NCBI RefSeq assembly: GCF_009914755.1 | Contig: NC_060929.1 | From: the human T2T-CHM13v2.0 reference genome, Homo sapiens | DNA length: 64,000 nt | Direction: 5' to 3' (one strand) | Shown here: positions 40,976 to 56,522 of the stretch, one piece after another | Layout: every line of letters starts with the position of its first letter | Position numbering within the stretch: position 1 is the stretch's first letter | Program-made: the position numbers and the translations under genes | The notes under the pieces: generated by a model | The model's input: only the letters and a program-made list of their open reading frames with translations | Database searches by the model: none | What the model was told of the DNA's origin: nothing

Positions 40976-41711
40976 CAACTGTTCTCAGGGTTTTTTGATC
41001 TCAGGACCCCTTTACACTCTTCAGAATCATCGAGAAACGTAAAAAGCTTTTGTTTATGTGGGCTGCATCTACCTTAACATGGATGCATGTTTTCTAAAAT
41101 TCTAATTTCTGCTTGAAAGCTCAAATTTTATCATTACCAGCAAATACTTTCAGATGTTTTTCAGTTAGCAGGCTTACTTCTTTTATTCTCAAAAAAATGT
41201 ATGCCTGCTTCCCAAGTCTGAATAACTCTAGTTTTTCAATTATTTGGTCAAGTAAGAATACTATACTCTGAAAAAAGTAGGTAGTTCAGTTAGCAACTCA
41301 AATAACCACAGAAGTGCTTTTCAGAGAGGCTACCGTTGCACTTCAGTATGCAGCAGATACAGAATAGCAAATGCCATGTACTCAATGGTCAATATTTAAT
41401 AAAATTAACAATTTGCGCCATTTTATGAAGAATATTCTTAAGTAAACTGGCTTTTTTTCGCCTGTGAATGTGTGGCCGTTAAGAGTATGATCAATGGCTA
41501 CTGGTACAGTTTAGTGCCACTGCCTTGACACGTGCTAAAGTGCCAGCAGTTTTACCCATCATTGCTTTCCTGCCATTGATGCCAATGTCAACCCAACTAA
41601 AATGGTAAATAATATGTGGTATTATTATGAAAACAGTTTTGATCTCAGAGACTCCCTGAAAGAGTCTTAAGGATTCCCAGGGGTCCACAGACAACACTTT
41701 GGGAATCACTG
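40976..41711 (-). mobile_element. Internally deleted Charlie1-family hAT DNA transposon inserted into a MIR
   Basis: Termini caactgttctca... / ...tttgggaatcactg; 8-bp hAT-type TSD aactagag / gactagat; minus strand reads cagtgattcccaaagtg...ggacccctgg...caaaactgttttcataataatac. Confidence 0.85.
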
Positions 41712-42413
41712 GACTAGATCACTATTTGAGTCCCTTTCAATTCTAATGTAAGATTTGGATATTTGTTTACTATTATATCATTCATGATTCTAATGATGTT
41801 GTGGGTTTTACTTTTCTCTCCTGTACATTCTTTTCCTTCAAGACAAATTTACCAGAAGCTGCCTTGCTTTACTTCCTTTGAATTAGCTGTTTTTTCATTT
41901 CTCCTTGCACCTAGTTCTCCTCTCTGGAAAAAATGCTCTGCATCATAATTTCCATATAATCTCTGCAATGATGAGTTCATTCACTGGTTCATTCACCAGT
42001 AGTATGAATTATACACTTCAATTAATACAAGCTTACTACATGTCTAACCCTGTTGCAGTCAGCGGGTCACCAGGACAGGACGTAGAGCTCTTCTTCTCAG
42101 GAGGGATCTTCGTCTCCTGGCAGAAACATACATGTAAATAGAGAATTGCTATAGAGTTTGAAGATTGTGTGCCAGTGTGGCCTAGAAAGAAATAAATCTC
42201 ATTAAAAGGTGTTCCGTAATGGCAGCTGGAGGGTGAGAGGCTGTATACTAGATTTTACCACATGCCAGAATCTTAACTGATAACCAGCTAGCCTTTTCCT
42301 GCCCAGTATCTGTACAGTACAAACGAAACAATATCTAAAGAGGTTTTTCAGCTCAGCACTTTAGGAAAATGAAAAAGGGAGTCCCTAAGAAGAGCTGAAC
42401 TCACAGTTGATTA

Positions 42414-42582
42414 CAGTAGTTCTCAACCCTGCCAACATGTTAGAATTACATGTTGTGCTCTCTGTAAATATCACCACATTGAAATGCTCTGATTTAATTG
42501 GTCCAGGGAAAAGCCCAGGCATCAGTCTTTTTAAAAACATCTCATGATATTTGTAAGTGTAGTCAGGGTTGAGAGCCAGTGC
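42414..42582. mobile_element. MER5B-like hAT MITE
   Basis: TIRs cagtagttctcaaccct / agggttgagagccagtg. Confidence 0.75.
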
Positions 42583-42609
42583 TCTATAATGAAACTTACA
42601 GAAAATTGT

Positions 42610-42988
42610 ATTTAAGGAAATGCTAGCAGATGCTACAAATAAACCAAAAATTTCAGTAACAAAGCAGAAGGTGCTCTGGAGTGGCTAGGAGCCACCTCCT
42701 AAGTGCTGATTCAGGAATGCAGGATCCTTGCATCTTGTGGCTCCACCATGTTTAATAAGTAGTTTCCAAGTTTAACTAGGAAAGAGGAACAATAATGAGA
42801 ACGGCACATGGGAGGTGTTTATGGGCCAGGCATGAGTGACACCCATCTCTTCTGCCCATATTCCATTGGCCAAAACTCAGTCACTTGGCCATACCTAACG
42901 AGAAAGAAGGTTGGGAAATTTGGTTTAGCTGTGTGTCTAGGAGGAAAAGGAAATAGGTTTGGTGAATGTCTAAACAGTTTCTGCCGCA
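42610..42988 (-). mobile_element. Old MLT1 (J/K-like) LTR
   Basis: ttctgcccatattccattggccaaaactcagtcacttggccatacctaac...gggaaatttggtttagctgtgtg. Confidence 0.65.
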
Positions 42989-45429
42989 GAGATGCTTACA
43001 TTCAGATAATTTAGAGAATATAATTGTCTTCTCCAAGTTCACTGCAAGGAATAAACAAAAAAAAGATAGTGTAGGGATCTATAGACTTTAAGACATGTAA
43101 ACCAATAATAATGGATGTATCTTATTTAGATCCTGGTTTAAACAAAATAAGATTTTTAAAAATGTGACATTTATGACACATTTAGAAGATTGAATGCTAA
43201 CTTGATGTTTCATAGATATGTATTAAAATATTTACAGATAAAATAATATGATATCTGGGATATGCTTTAGAAATACTTTGGGAACAAAGGAGGATGGATG
43301 AAATAAATTGGCCACAAGGTGATAGCTGTTGAATTGTGGGTATACTATACTAGTCTGTCTACTTTTATAGATGATTGGAATTTTCCTTACTATGTCTTTC
43401 TAAAAAATCAGATAATTGTGAGTTCCAGTTATAGTGTTCAGCCCCCTTTTCCTGTGGAATTGCTGCCAGGCCTACCTTTGACCCAAGGGAATAGTCCTTC
43501 TGCCAGTCTGTCTGGATCTTTTCTGCAAAGAAACATAATATCTCCGGGGAAATCCCTTAATGTTTCAAAGCCTTTTAACTAAGTCTTGGACTTTACTTGT
43601 ATTTGCCCAACATACAGTCACTAAGTCACTGATTTCTCCTGTGGGTGTTTTTGATTCCACACTGTCTGCAAAATACCAGCTGTGGCCAGGGGTTGCTGCA
43701 GCCCTCTGCCTCTCCTGTGAGCACCCACGGGCAAGCATTCCTCAAGGAAGGACATTTACCAAAAGCTCCCTTTGGTAAAAAGAATAATTTCCTGCTTGAA
43801 AATAGAAACAAAAACTGAACACACCAGCATTTTCTTTGCGCTGTACGTAAACGCACCTCAAGAGGCAGAGCTTGAAGGAAATTCTGTGCATTACCTATAG
43901 GATAATGTTGGAGGGAAGAGTATAAGGCTTTATGTGTGCGGTGATAAAATCTAAGAACTGGTTTTCCTTATTCATGTTTCTCTTTCCCTTCTTACCAAAA
44001 ATCACTCAATAGTCAATACGTTCTTCAGCCCCAGATTCCCTCAGTTCTCCGGATTCCCGGGATGCTCCTTTAACAACGTTTTTAGGGGGCTCTTTCCCCA
44101 AAAAAGTCTTCCTCTGCCTGGGCATATTCACCTCTACCTATCTCCCATCTCCTCCTCTGTATGTACAGTCAGACTCAAAACTAGAAGTCACGCTTAGTGC
44201 TTCACATCCATTTATTCTGTGAAACTGGATTCTCATGGAACCCCAGCTTTCTTCTCTATCCCAACATCTTTCCTTTCTTCTACATCTTCACAGCCACATC
44301 TTTCTGATCCCAGCCTTTGCTTGTTTCTATTGCAAGAACCTCCCACTCAGTCATCTGCCACCTATCACCTATTGTTGCTCTTTCTTTAATTCTCTGAGGT
44401 TTATTATTTTAAATAATGAATTTGCTTTATTGCCTTTTAGTTCCCCACATACCCCACACTCTAAACATGATTCCTTCTGGATGCCTTCAACATACGCATG
44501 TCTTCTCTACTTTTATCCAAAGGGATAGATATACTTCACCATCTCTGTTTTTCTAATTTAGCAACTCCCAGGTTCTGGAGCCCCTTGACATGTGGCAACT
44601 AGACAAAAACCAGGGTAGATTGGGTCTGTAGGTTGCAGATAACAAGCCAGTGTCATAACTTAGAAAATACATAACTAAATTATACAGGCTATATAATAGA
44701 TTTTCCTTGTTATTATTCCGCTAGCTTTGAGTGAAGATTTAAGTACAATTTTCACTTACCTCCATTGTACTACGAGGTATTACAATAAAAGTGTGTGTGC
44801 TTACTCAGAGCAGTGTTAAGAGAGGAAACAGTGCCACCTAGAGATAGTGGCAGAAATAATTAACTTAAGATCCTTAGAAGAATGCAAATCTTAGGGGGTA
44901 GGTTTTCTATGAGTCCCTGTGCTCATTGCTAATTCTGGAGGATCTCTGATTATTTTTAAATGAATGACTGTCTGCAGTCATTACCTCCTTTACAAACTTC
45001 TCACACTGAATTATCATGAAGAGAGCACCCTTTGAAGGCAGAGGGAGGTGACAAACAAATTCCAAGAAAGAAAGAAAAATACCGGTGGCCTAGAATGGTG
45101 AAATTCAGTTCCAGTGCTACCTCTGTGACTAATGGGTTATGTGGTATCACCTGACCCTTTGAAATTGTTTCCTCTAAAAAGATGGTCTCTGCACTCCTTA
45201 CAAACATATACACACAAAAATAGAATACCTTCCTAATTTTTTTGCCATCTTTCTCTCTCTGGGGAATATGCATAAGACCATACATTAATATCATAACCCA
45301 GAGAAACAGAGATTAACCAACGCTTACATCTGAAGAAATTCAGTGTGGTGTTATTAAAGCAACTTCTAAGCATTCACATGAAAAGACTATCTTAATTCTA
45401 TCATATTTTCCTTCGTGCTGCTTAACACA

Positions 45430-45670
45430 ACAATTGAAAGCACTCATTCTGAAACCAGTCTGCTAGAGTTCAAGCCTCCTAACTTTTCCACTTACTAGTG
45501 CATGATCTTAGAAGAGTAGTTAGCTTCCTAATATCACAGTTTCCTTATTTGTAAAATAGGAAGAGTAAAAGAACTTATGTGATGTGGTTGCTGCAAGGAC
45601 TAAATAGGTAATAGAACAGTGACTGGCACATAGTGAGCACTACATGACTGTTAGCTGTAATTCTTATCAT
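45430..45670 (+). mobile_element. MIR
   Basis: ccacttactag...cagtttccttatttgtaaaatagg...agaacagtgactggcacatagtgagcac. Confidence 0.75.
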
Positions 45671-47357
45671 GACAATTATTAAGTAGAAAATTCCATGGGG
45701 TATAAGACTTTACAATACACCTCTTTCACTTTTGCATGGCTTTCATGCCTGAATGGAATCACACATTTTTTAGAGATAAAAATCTTCGAGAATCTAACCC
45801 ACATATTCAACCAGGAGGGCTTTGCAGAAGATAATGCATATTATCTTCTGCAGACAAATTTTTTACATGGTGGTCCCAGAATTTTTTCTTTCCCTATATA
45901 CATAAATACAAACTTTCCCCCTGCCCAGTACACCTCTATTCCTGTTTCCCTGATTCAATAAGGGCTGAAATGAGAACCCAGAAGCCAGCCTTGATTATTC
46001 CCTTTTCCTCATCCTCCCCATCCAGTTATTCAATAACTGCAGTCATTTCAACTTCCAGAGTATATTTGGACCCTGTCCTCCTCTCTCCATCTCCACAGCC
46101 TGATCTAAACCACCACCATCAATCACTTTCCAGTGATTGATCCACTCCACAACACCCTCTGCCGGGCCCTCAACTTCTCTTGTTCTTCTACAATTCATTC
46201 AACATAGTAGTCATAGACCCTCAAGAAATGTAAATCAGATCATCAGCTGCTTTATATTTGTCATCTTCTATAATTCTCACAACGGTATAAAGAGTCTGGT
46301 ATTTGGCCAATATTAATTTTTTGCCCTGCCCTGTTCTGATTCTATTTCTGATGAGGTCTCATTTTCTCCACGTTCAGATCTTGAAGTCACATATCCTTCT
46401 CCAACTCCTTTCTTTGCTCCAGAATTTACCGGCTTGTGTGGGCTGGGGGAGTGAGGTGAAGTGAGTGTTGGATCAGCTAAAGTTGGTTCGCTAGAAAAAG
46501 TTTGCTACTCTTTGAAGGACTACTTGACAGATATCAGAGAATAATTAATAGCAGCAGGAGATCCAGGTAGAGGATGGCTGTGTTTCCTTCCCTTAACAAT
46601 TCTGAACCAGAGTTCCTAGCAGGGTACCTGGCAAAGCATTTTTTTTAATAAAAATGAGCTAGATTCATGCATGAACTAATGAATGATTGAACAAATGATT
46701 GAACGAACCTACCTGCTGGCTGTCCTACTTAGAGGTAGAGACAGAAAAATAGACTGCTTATAGCTTATGAGTCTATGGATCCTTGTTAGTTTTAGCCACA
46801 CATACACACACACACACAAATGTGTTGGAGATATTGAATGTCTCCAGGTACAGACAAAGTCATGTAGCAGGTTTACATCTTCCAGGAGTGTCACCAGTGA
46901 CAAATGTCTTCCCCAAATTCCCTAGACCCCAGAGAACTGAGTTATCGCAGTAGTTCACCATAGCTACATGAACTACCCCTGCATGTAAGTCTCAAAATAA
47001 GAAGCAGCCTATTTAAAAACTAACAAAACTATAACTCAGTTCTTTGGAGAACTGGATTCATCTGAGAAGAGAATTACAATATAATAATTTATTTCATACA
47101 GAGTAATTAATAGTCTCAAAGTATTATACACGTGGCAAAATGCCCATCTCAAAGGGAGAAGAGCATATGGTAACACTAAACACATTCATAACAAAGAAGC
47201 AAAGAATAGTTAAACAGAAGGCTTTGGTTCCTAAAGCTTGTATATTTGGACTGTCCCCTATGGTAGTGTAATTATAAATTAGAACAGGTTTTGTAAGGTG
47301 GGCCCATATTTGAGCAAGGTCAACCACGGCCAATGACTATTGTTAGCCATAAGCTCT

Positions 47358-47422
47358 CCCTTCTTCCGTCTGTTCCTTCCTTCCTTCCGTCTGTTCCTTC
47401 CTTCCTTCCTTTCTTCGTTCCT
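47358..47422. repeat. (CTTC)n-derived simple repeat
   Basis: ccttcttccgtctgttccttcc unit duplicated. Confidence 0.85.
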
Positions 47423-47499
47423 CTAACCCTCCCTTCTATCCTGCCCTTGCCCAGAATGTGACCAATAAACTCAGTATTCCCTGAATTAATATTCACTCA

Positions 47500-47960
47500 T
47501 ATAAAGAAACATTTTAAAATGATACAAATAGCAAATAAATGTATTTTAAATATATTACCTTCACAGTTGTGAAAGAAATGCAAATTTAAAATAATAGGCA
47601 TCACTTTATATCTATTAAAGTTGTAAATAAATTAAATAGTAACATCAAATTCTGGCAACATCACAGGTGAAACTGGACTCACTCACTGGAATATGTTTGA
47701 CAAACTATCTCAAGAGCTATAAAAGTACACATGCCCTTTGACCCAATAATCTCACTCCTGGGAATGTCTCCTGATAAAATAATGCAGAAATAGGAAAAAA
47801 CATCACCTACATAAAAAAAGAATTTTAAATATTTAGCTCTGAGAAATGGTTAAAAGGAGTGGATACATCAGTTAGATGGACTTTGGCATAGCTGTTAAAA
47901 CTTGGAAAGTATTTTTACATGGAAAAGATTACAAAATAGTAAAGTGTCAAAGAAAAACCT
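47500..47960 (+). mobile_element. Old L1ME-like fragment
   Basis: aaagaaatgcaaatttaaaataatagg; atgccctttgacccaataatctcactcctgggaat. Confidence 0.65.
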
Positions 47961-49494
47961 AATCATTTAATGGTCACTTATGTTCAGGCATTATAACTCC
48001 AGGACACTTAACCATAACTAGATAGCTTGGGGTCACTACATTAAAAGAATAATCTGTTAGAAGCAGGGGAAAAAAACTCTTTCTCAACAGCCTTAGCAAT
48101 AAATATATCTACAGTTAACTATGTCTACAGTTCTCAGATATAAAAGAGAATTCGATTCAAGACTACTAGGGCATTTGGGAAGCCAGGGTTCTTCTGAGTG
48201 ATACTAGGATCTACTTTGGTTTTCATTCTGTGAAAGGGCACTGCAAAGAAGTGACCAAAATGAGGTAGAGAGAAAACATTAGCATGAAAAAACAATTTAA
48301 ATAAAATAAGTTTCAAAGGCAGCCACACACACCTCCCAAAATAGCAGACTATAAAAGAAGATGCATTAATTAACCCTTTTTTCTCCTTTTGGAGAGAGAA
48401 AAGTACCACCAGAAACAGAATGGAACAACTCAAGAGAAAGGAAGGAGGAGGGGCTAAAGTGGGGTGGGAGACAGGGAGACGGAAAGCCAGGGTAGAGCAC
48501 GGCCCCCCTCACAACTTTCTCAAGTATCTTCTCCCACTCCCAAGCAACATGGGATGGGCTGCTTGAAAAATCAGATCTTTTCTGTGCTCCAAATGTGCTT
48601 TTTTAAATAATAAATTTTGCAAATAAACTTCATAAAATTCACCAAAGTGTTCATCAAGTTTAACCATGAAAGCTGTCAAGAGGCCTTTTTATGTGGCTTA
48701 TTTCATTTCAACAATTAAAAATACACATTTTGGGTTCTCCTTTTTCTGTTTCACTGAATGCATTCCTTCCCTTTAAGTTTTCAGTGAAAGAAATAAATCA
48801 CGAATCAGCATGGACAATTATCTCTGGAGGTGTAGGGAAAACAACATACTGCTTCCTTCCCCTCAATGGTTTTTATGCTGTAAATATTTGGCAGTGCTCC
48901 TGCCAATTAAATCAAGGAGAGGTTGCAGATTAAAAGGTGATTCCTCACTTCAGTGTTTGGTTCCTTCAACCAATTAGTCATTCTTTTTTCTTAGTTATGC
49001 TGCCAGGATTATACACCTTCTAGTCAGTGAACAGTCACTGAAAAGGGGAATGAATCCATTTAAAAATAATTCTGCTTGTGACTTTTAGTCCTCCTAGAAC
49101 TAAGGGAGAGAAAGAGATCAAGGAGACTGAGATCACTAGTGAGGATTCATGCTTATAACTGAACCTACTGTGAAGGACACAGCAGTCCACAAAAAACAAT
49201 GGAAATGTCGTAGATGCTCATGTTTGGGTAAAAACAGTAACATCCACTGCATAAAATAATTTGTTATTGTTAAGTATTACTCTTCTGTGCAGGTGTCATA
49301 TTTCAGAAGACTTGATTTCACCATCATATATCTAAATTGTGCTTAATAACAAATTGTAGAATCTACATTTGTCGTTTACAATGAAAAATAAATTGTCAAG
49401 AGATGCGCTAACTGGTAGAAATCCTTAATATTTTCTTGATAATTACGTTCTGCTAATCCTCAGATTGCTTTCGGTGAGTGCATTAATGCATGCT

Positions 49495-49650
49495 CACTCC
49501 TTGAGTTCTGATTTGCCAACAGGCATCATCAGCAACTCCCAAGGGCTTATGAAAAATGGATTCTCAGCCCAGATCTTCTGAATCAGAATCTTTGGAGGTG
49601 GGGTCCAGGAATCTCAGTATTGACAGGCCCTCCAGATTGAAAAGCACCAG
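49495..49650. mobile_element. MER5A-like MITE
   Basis: cagcccagatcttctgaatcagaatctttggaggtggggtccaggaatctc. Confidence 0.65.
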
Positions 49651-51047
49651 CAAACAAAGCATCATTCACAAACAAAACCCCACTCTCACAAAAGTGGAAT
49701 TCTATCCAGTTGTGCAAAACATCTCAATCTCTGCAAATGCAGCCTAAGCTTCTTCCTTAGGGTGTATGTATCCACAGCTTTGAAAGTCATCTTAGCTCTG
49801 CACCTGAGGCTAGGGAAGAGCCACATTTTGCCTAGATTTTGGAGGCACACTCCTAAGCCCCAGAATGATACAGGAGTTCCTAGAGACTTTAACTCTCCAT
49901 CACTTATTCCCTTACCATTTTTAGAGAAAACGGAAGCTCCAGGCATCAGCCTGTTCAGCACAAGTGATCATCCAGAATTGGGTTCTCAAAGGTGAGATGT
50001 GGAAGAGCAGGAGAAGGAAAGTTGTCTGAGCTCTGGCACTAGAGCCCAAGGCCTGGGGGCCAGTAGTTGCTTCACCACTTCTCAGCCAGAGGGCCTCAAG
50101 CCGAGCCCAGCTTCTCTGAACCTCTATGTCTTCACTCATAAAATAAGCAAGGTTAGCTTCATGCCCTCAAATGTCTTTTTCAGATCTCAAATTCCGTAAC
50201 TGAGCCTTGAGTAAGTGACTTTCTGGGTCTCAGGTTCTTCCCACATGAGACAAGAAGGGTAATTGATATGCTACGATGGTGAGTGTGGTTATCAAGCCAA
50301 GTAGATCTGGGTTCAACTCATTTCTACATCATCTATGAGGTCTGAAAATTTGAGAAAAATTATTTCATTTCTCTGAGAATCATTAATTCATCTATAATAC
50401 AAATCAAAATAAAATACCTCTTAAGTAGGGCTGCTGGACAGATTAAATGAAGTCATATCTATCATCTTTCTAGACTGGGTCTAGTGGGTAAAAAATAAAT
50501 GTTAGGCCCAACCCATCACAAGAGATGTACACAAAGCATTACATAAACATGATGTGAAGTCCTCTCAACAGGAAAATGAGCCGGATGGCCTCTGAGGCTT
50601 CACCCATCCTCTAATTCTATGATCAGGACACCTCAGCAGCTTTTTGACTTGATGCTTTAATTGCAACCTGTGTTAGTGCTTGCTTTTACATCTGCACACA
50701 TTGTAATTAAATAGATTGCAATTAACAGCGGGCAAAATTACCTTCACACTGTTTAAAAGAAGAAAACAAAACTGAGAAACTGATTGATCTCTGTAAGCTA
50801 CCAATTTGGTTATTTCCAGGTGACATTCCTTAAAATAATATTGTTAAATTTTGATGTAGTGAGGAAATAACTGAAAATCCCCAGGATGAGTGAGGGGACA
50901 GTCTTTCAAGGAAAATATATGGAAATGGTGAAGAATCTTCCTGCTCTGTTAGGAAGAAGATAGTTCAGGTGTGTCCTGAGGAGTCCCAGATCTGCACAGG
51001 GTTCTGATAGACATTTAATAAATATTTGTTGATGTTGCTTAGTTCTT

Positions 51048-52212
<1,165 letters not shown>

Positions 52213-52505
52213 TAGTTCTTACTACTTTGCCATGACCTCTGACTGATGTACCCAGAATAGGCTGCTTCTTTTTGGTAGTACTACCAGGTAGAGTGGTTCT
52301 CCTTTGATATGGAAAAATCAAGAAATTCAGATTTTATTTCTTTTACTCTAGAATCAATGTACATGGAAAGCAGCAGTCCTAATCTGAGTCTATGCTGCAT
52401 GTACTGCTGGTGCTCAGAAACTGCTCAAACTGCTCAATTTGCTCTTAGTAAGCACCCACATCTATAGGAAACCCATCGGGAGGGAACTCAGTCTAAGAGA
52501 GCTGT

Positions 52506-52615
52506 TAGGATTATCAACTGTCCTGATTTGCCTGGGACTGCCCAGATTTTAGCACTAAGTTTCTCATTCTTGGGATCTTCTCAGTCCAGGAGACTGGAGA
52601 AAGTTGATCATCACT
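52506..52615. mobile_element. MER81-like hAT MITE
   Basis: taggattatcaactgtcctgatttgcctgggactgcccagattttagcact ... gttgatcatcact, ~110 bp with imperfect TIRs. Confidence 0.65.
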
Positions 52616-54235
52616 TTGGGTACAACCTGCATGATGCAGAACAAAGCCTCAATGTGGTCTGAGTATATCGAGGTGTTTCTCACTCAGCTTTACCATCTCC
52701 TGGCCCAGCCACCTCACTCTCTCCCCAACCCATAGAGTCAGAATCTATATGGGAACAAGAAAAACAATGAAGAAAAATTAAGTGCACTGTTTCATTATCA
52801 AGGTACAAGCAGCACCATTTAGGGGTTCTCTGGAAGTGTAACATTAGAAAGAGCGAAAGAATTCTGCCGTATATTGTCGGAGGGCAGGGAATCGGGACCA
52901 GAGACTGCAGAACCACAGCAGCAATGCCCACAAGGGCTGCGGCACCTCTCAACAGAGCAACATCCATCTAAGAGGGAGTGGTGCCCAGCAGACAGTGCCT
53001 GCCCAGTGAAGGTGGCAGTGCCCAGCAGCAGGCAGATGGCGTAAGAGGAGACACAAACCCTGACTCACAAGAAACTGCCTACTGAGGCTTTGCAGGCACT
53101 TGGAACTCTGCATTAATATGTTTCAAGCAAGAACCAATAAGTTTATTTAAAAAAAAGTATTTTAGTTCACTTCTAGTTATAAATACCATGCAATGAAATA
53201 TAGAGCAAGAAAAGGAGGAGGAGAAATTGCCTCTTAAGTACAAAGGTATGTTATCATTTTTCACCTCAGAGTGATGAAATCCTGGTTTCAGCCAGTTGTT
53301 TTGTTTAATCCTTGGGTGGGTTATGTAATGCCTCAGGCTTTTTCACAGTTTTGACCATGTCTGCCCAAGGTTACTTTTCAGTAATAATATCAAATATTAT
53401 AGCATAAAGCCCAGAGGAGCCTCAAAGTTTCAGTCTCCTTGCCCTAAGGCAGATTCTATATTATTACTATTATTGTTGTTATTATTGATATTTAACAGAT
53501 CATTATTTTATAAGCAACTTGGGCCAAAAAAAGCTTGGTGAGGTCATTTGCTCAAAGTCACCCAGCTAGGGTTTGGAGGAGAGATTGAAATGTAGGATTG
53601 AGTGATAGAGGTGGTTGCTGTTTCTCAGTAAAGATGGTTGCCTTTACTCATTAAATCCTGGCTATTAAAACACTTCACTCACACTCCTGTATCTTATGGG
53701 AGCAGATGTTTCTAGCATGCTCTTAAGTTGCTCAAGCCTGATCCTTCTCTGTTTCCCAGGGTGAAAAGCCTGCAGCCCAATTCTCACTGTCAATCCCTCC
53801 CTTGCTCCCTTCCTATGTCCAGAATAAAAGTAGTCTGATGTACTTAATTTGTACTTAACTTTTGTTTTGGAGGGCTTCAACCATTTAGAAAAAGAATCCC
53901 AGGACAAAGCAATGGAGAATTTATTAACACATGCTGTGACAGAGCACAATCCTAAACACACATTTGCTCTTACTAAGCCACTAACTTTGCAAACTTAGGA
54001 AAATCACTTAACGCTCTGATCCTCTCTCTCCCTACTGTAAAATAATGGCCCCTAAGAAGTAGAGAAATATAATAAAGGTAAAGATGGATGCCTGGAGAAA
54101 AGGAAGAAAAGGAGGAATAGAGGGAAGGAGGAGGGATAGAAGGAAGAGACAGAAGAAAGAAAGAAAAGTGGTTGAAATTAGGAAATCCAAGAAGATCCAT
54201 TTCAACCAATACAAAGAATGACAGTTTCTTGGTGG

Positions 54236-54886
54236 TGTGGCAAGCCAGGTTTCACTAACGCAGGCCTCCATCACAACTGTTTCAGTACTGAGTAGTTAAG
54301 TTAAATATTAAAAGCTAAAAAAGCCAGTGCCCTTATACAAAGCATGGAATGTAACAAAAGCCATGAAGAGTTTTGCCTAGGCTTTCCCTGGGCCTTAAAG
54401 CATGACAAAATAATGAAGGAATTCTTAACAGGACCAATTTAGAATTAAACAAGTTTATTGGGGGTCTGAAGAAACTCACCAGGCCTCCACAAACAAGTTT
54501 ATTGGAGGTTTGAAGGAACTCCTCAAACCTCTGTGATTTAGCAGGAGGCAAGATAAGGGTATTCACCCCAGAACCTAGACCCATTGAGATTAAGTCAACT
54601 TACTGAGGCTCCACAAGAAGGTCTTCAGGACTCAGACCTTACTTATAGATTAAAAGAAGTTAATCCCTTCTGTCTTTAAATGAATGCACACTTACACCTA
54701 GATATATAGCTTAGAAACTATATAAGCTCTGAAAAACTTTGCAATTTTGAGTTGGTCTGGTGATAATTTCCAGGCCTCCCTGTAAGTGGTTACAAAAATA
54801 AAAACTCTCTTCCTCCCCAGTTCATCTGCATCTCCTTATTGGGTGGTGAGAAATAGCAGCCCAATCCTCAGTTTGGTCAGGGAACA
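54236..54886 (+). mobile_element. ERV1 solo LTR, PABL_A-like (651 bp)
   Basis: TG...CA termini: tgtggcaagccaggtttcactaacgcaggcctcc ... gtttggtcagggaaca; internal tatataag and aataaa; family name from recalled consensus. Confidence 0.7.
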
Positions 54887-55261
54887 TCAGGAATGGGAGA
54901 GAAAACACAGCTTCTTTAAATCCAGGGTTCTTATGCCCTAGGTCAGAAAGCTCAGGCCCAGAGGGGCCATGTAAATTGTCCCAGGCTCACATAGTGGCTG
55001 TCCACAGAAGGACAGCTGAGAACCAGCCCCTTCTCCAGGCTCCCAGCCCAGCATGATTTCTACTGCACAGCTCCTCCTTCTCCCACTGAAGACTTGGTGT
55101 TAGAACTAATTTTGAGCAATATCCAATACAAATAATATTTCCTCAAAAAGTAGTCCTTTCTGCTAGGCTAGGAATTTGTACTTAGGGAATGTATCGCCAT
55201 AAAAAATTTTGACCTATAATACACAAACTTTAAATAGCCAGTTGGTGTTTTTTCCTATTTG

Positions 55262-55390
55262 AAAAAAGAAACAACAGAAAGGAAGGGAAGGAGGGAGAAA
55301 GGGAGAGAAGGAGGGAGGGAGGAAAGAAGAAAAGAAAGAAAAAAAGGAAGGAAGGAAGGAAGTCAGGTAGGGAGGGAAAAAGGGAAGATG
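55262..55390. repeat. GA-rich polypurine tract
   Basis: (GGAA)n/(GGGA)n/(GAAA)n. Confidence 0.85.
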
Positions 55391-55758
55391 AAAGCCCTAA
55401 CACTTAATGATTAATGATTATATTCACCACCTTTTCAGCTGCAAAAATGGGCCAGGGGGCAAGCCCTGCAGGATCCAATGACTTACAGAAAATAGATGTT
55501 GACTATTGTAGTGACTGAAGAGTCTCACTTCAGCTCAGAGTATGAGGAGCAGAGGAGAAACATAAAGGAGCAGAGCCATAGACCAGAGTTGCAAAATTCA
55601 TTAAGCAATGAGAAAACACTGTTCTTCATGGTTAAAAAAGACAGAGTTGGAACTTCATGCCTGGGACTGACTTGACTCAAAGGTAATCTTTCAGTTGTCT
55701 AGGAATGCAATGAAGGTGGCCTGTACTGGTTAAAAATAAAGTAACAGTGAACAATATC

Positions 55759-56522
<764 letters not shown>

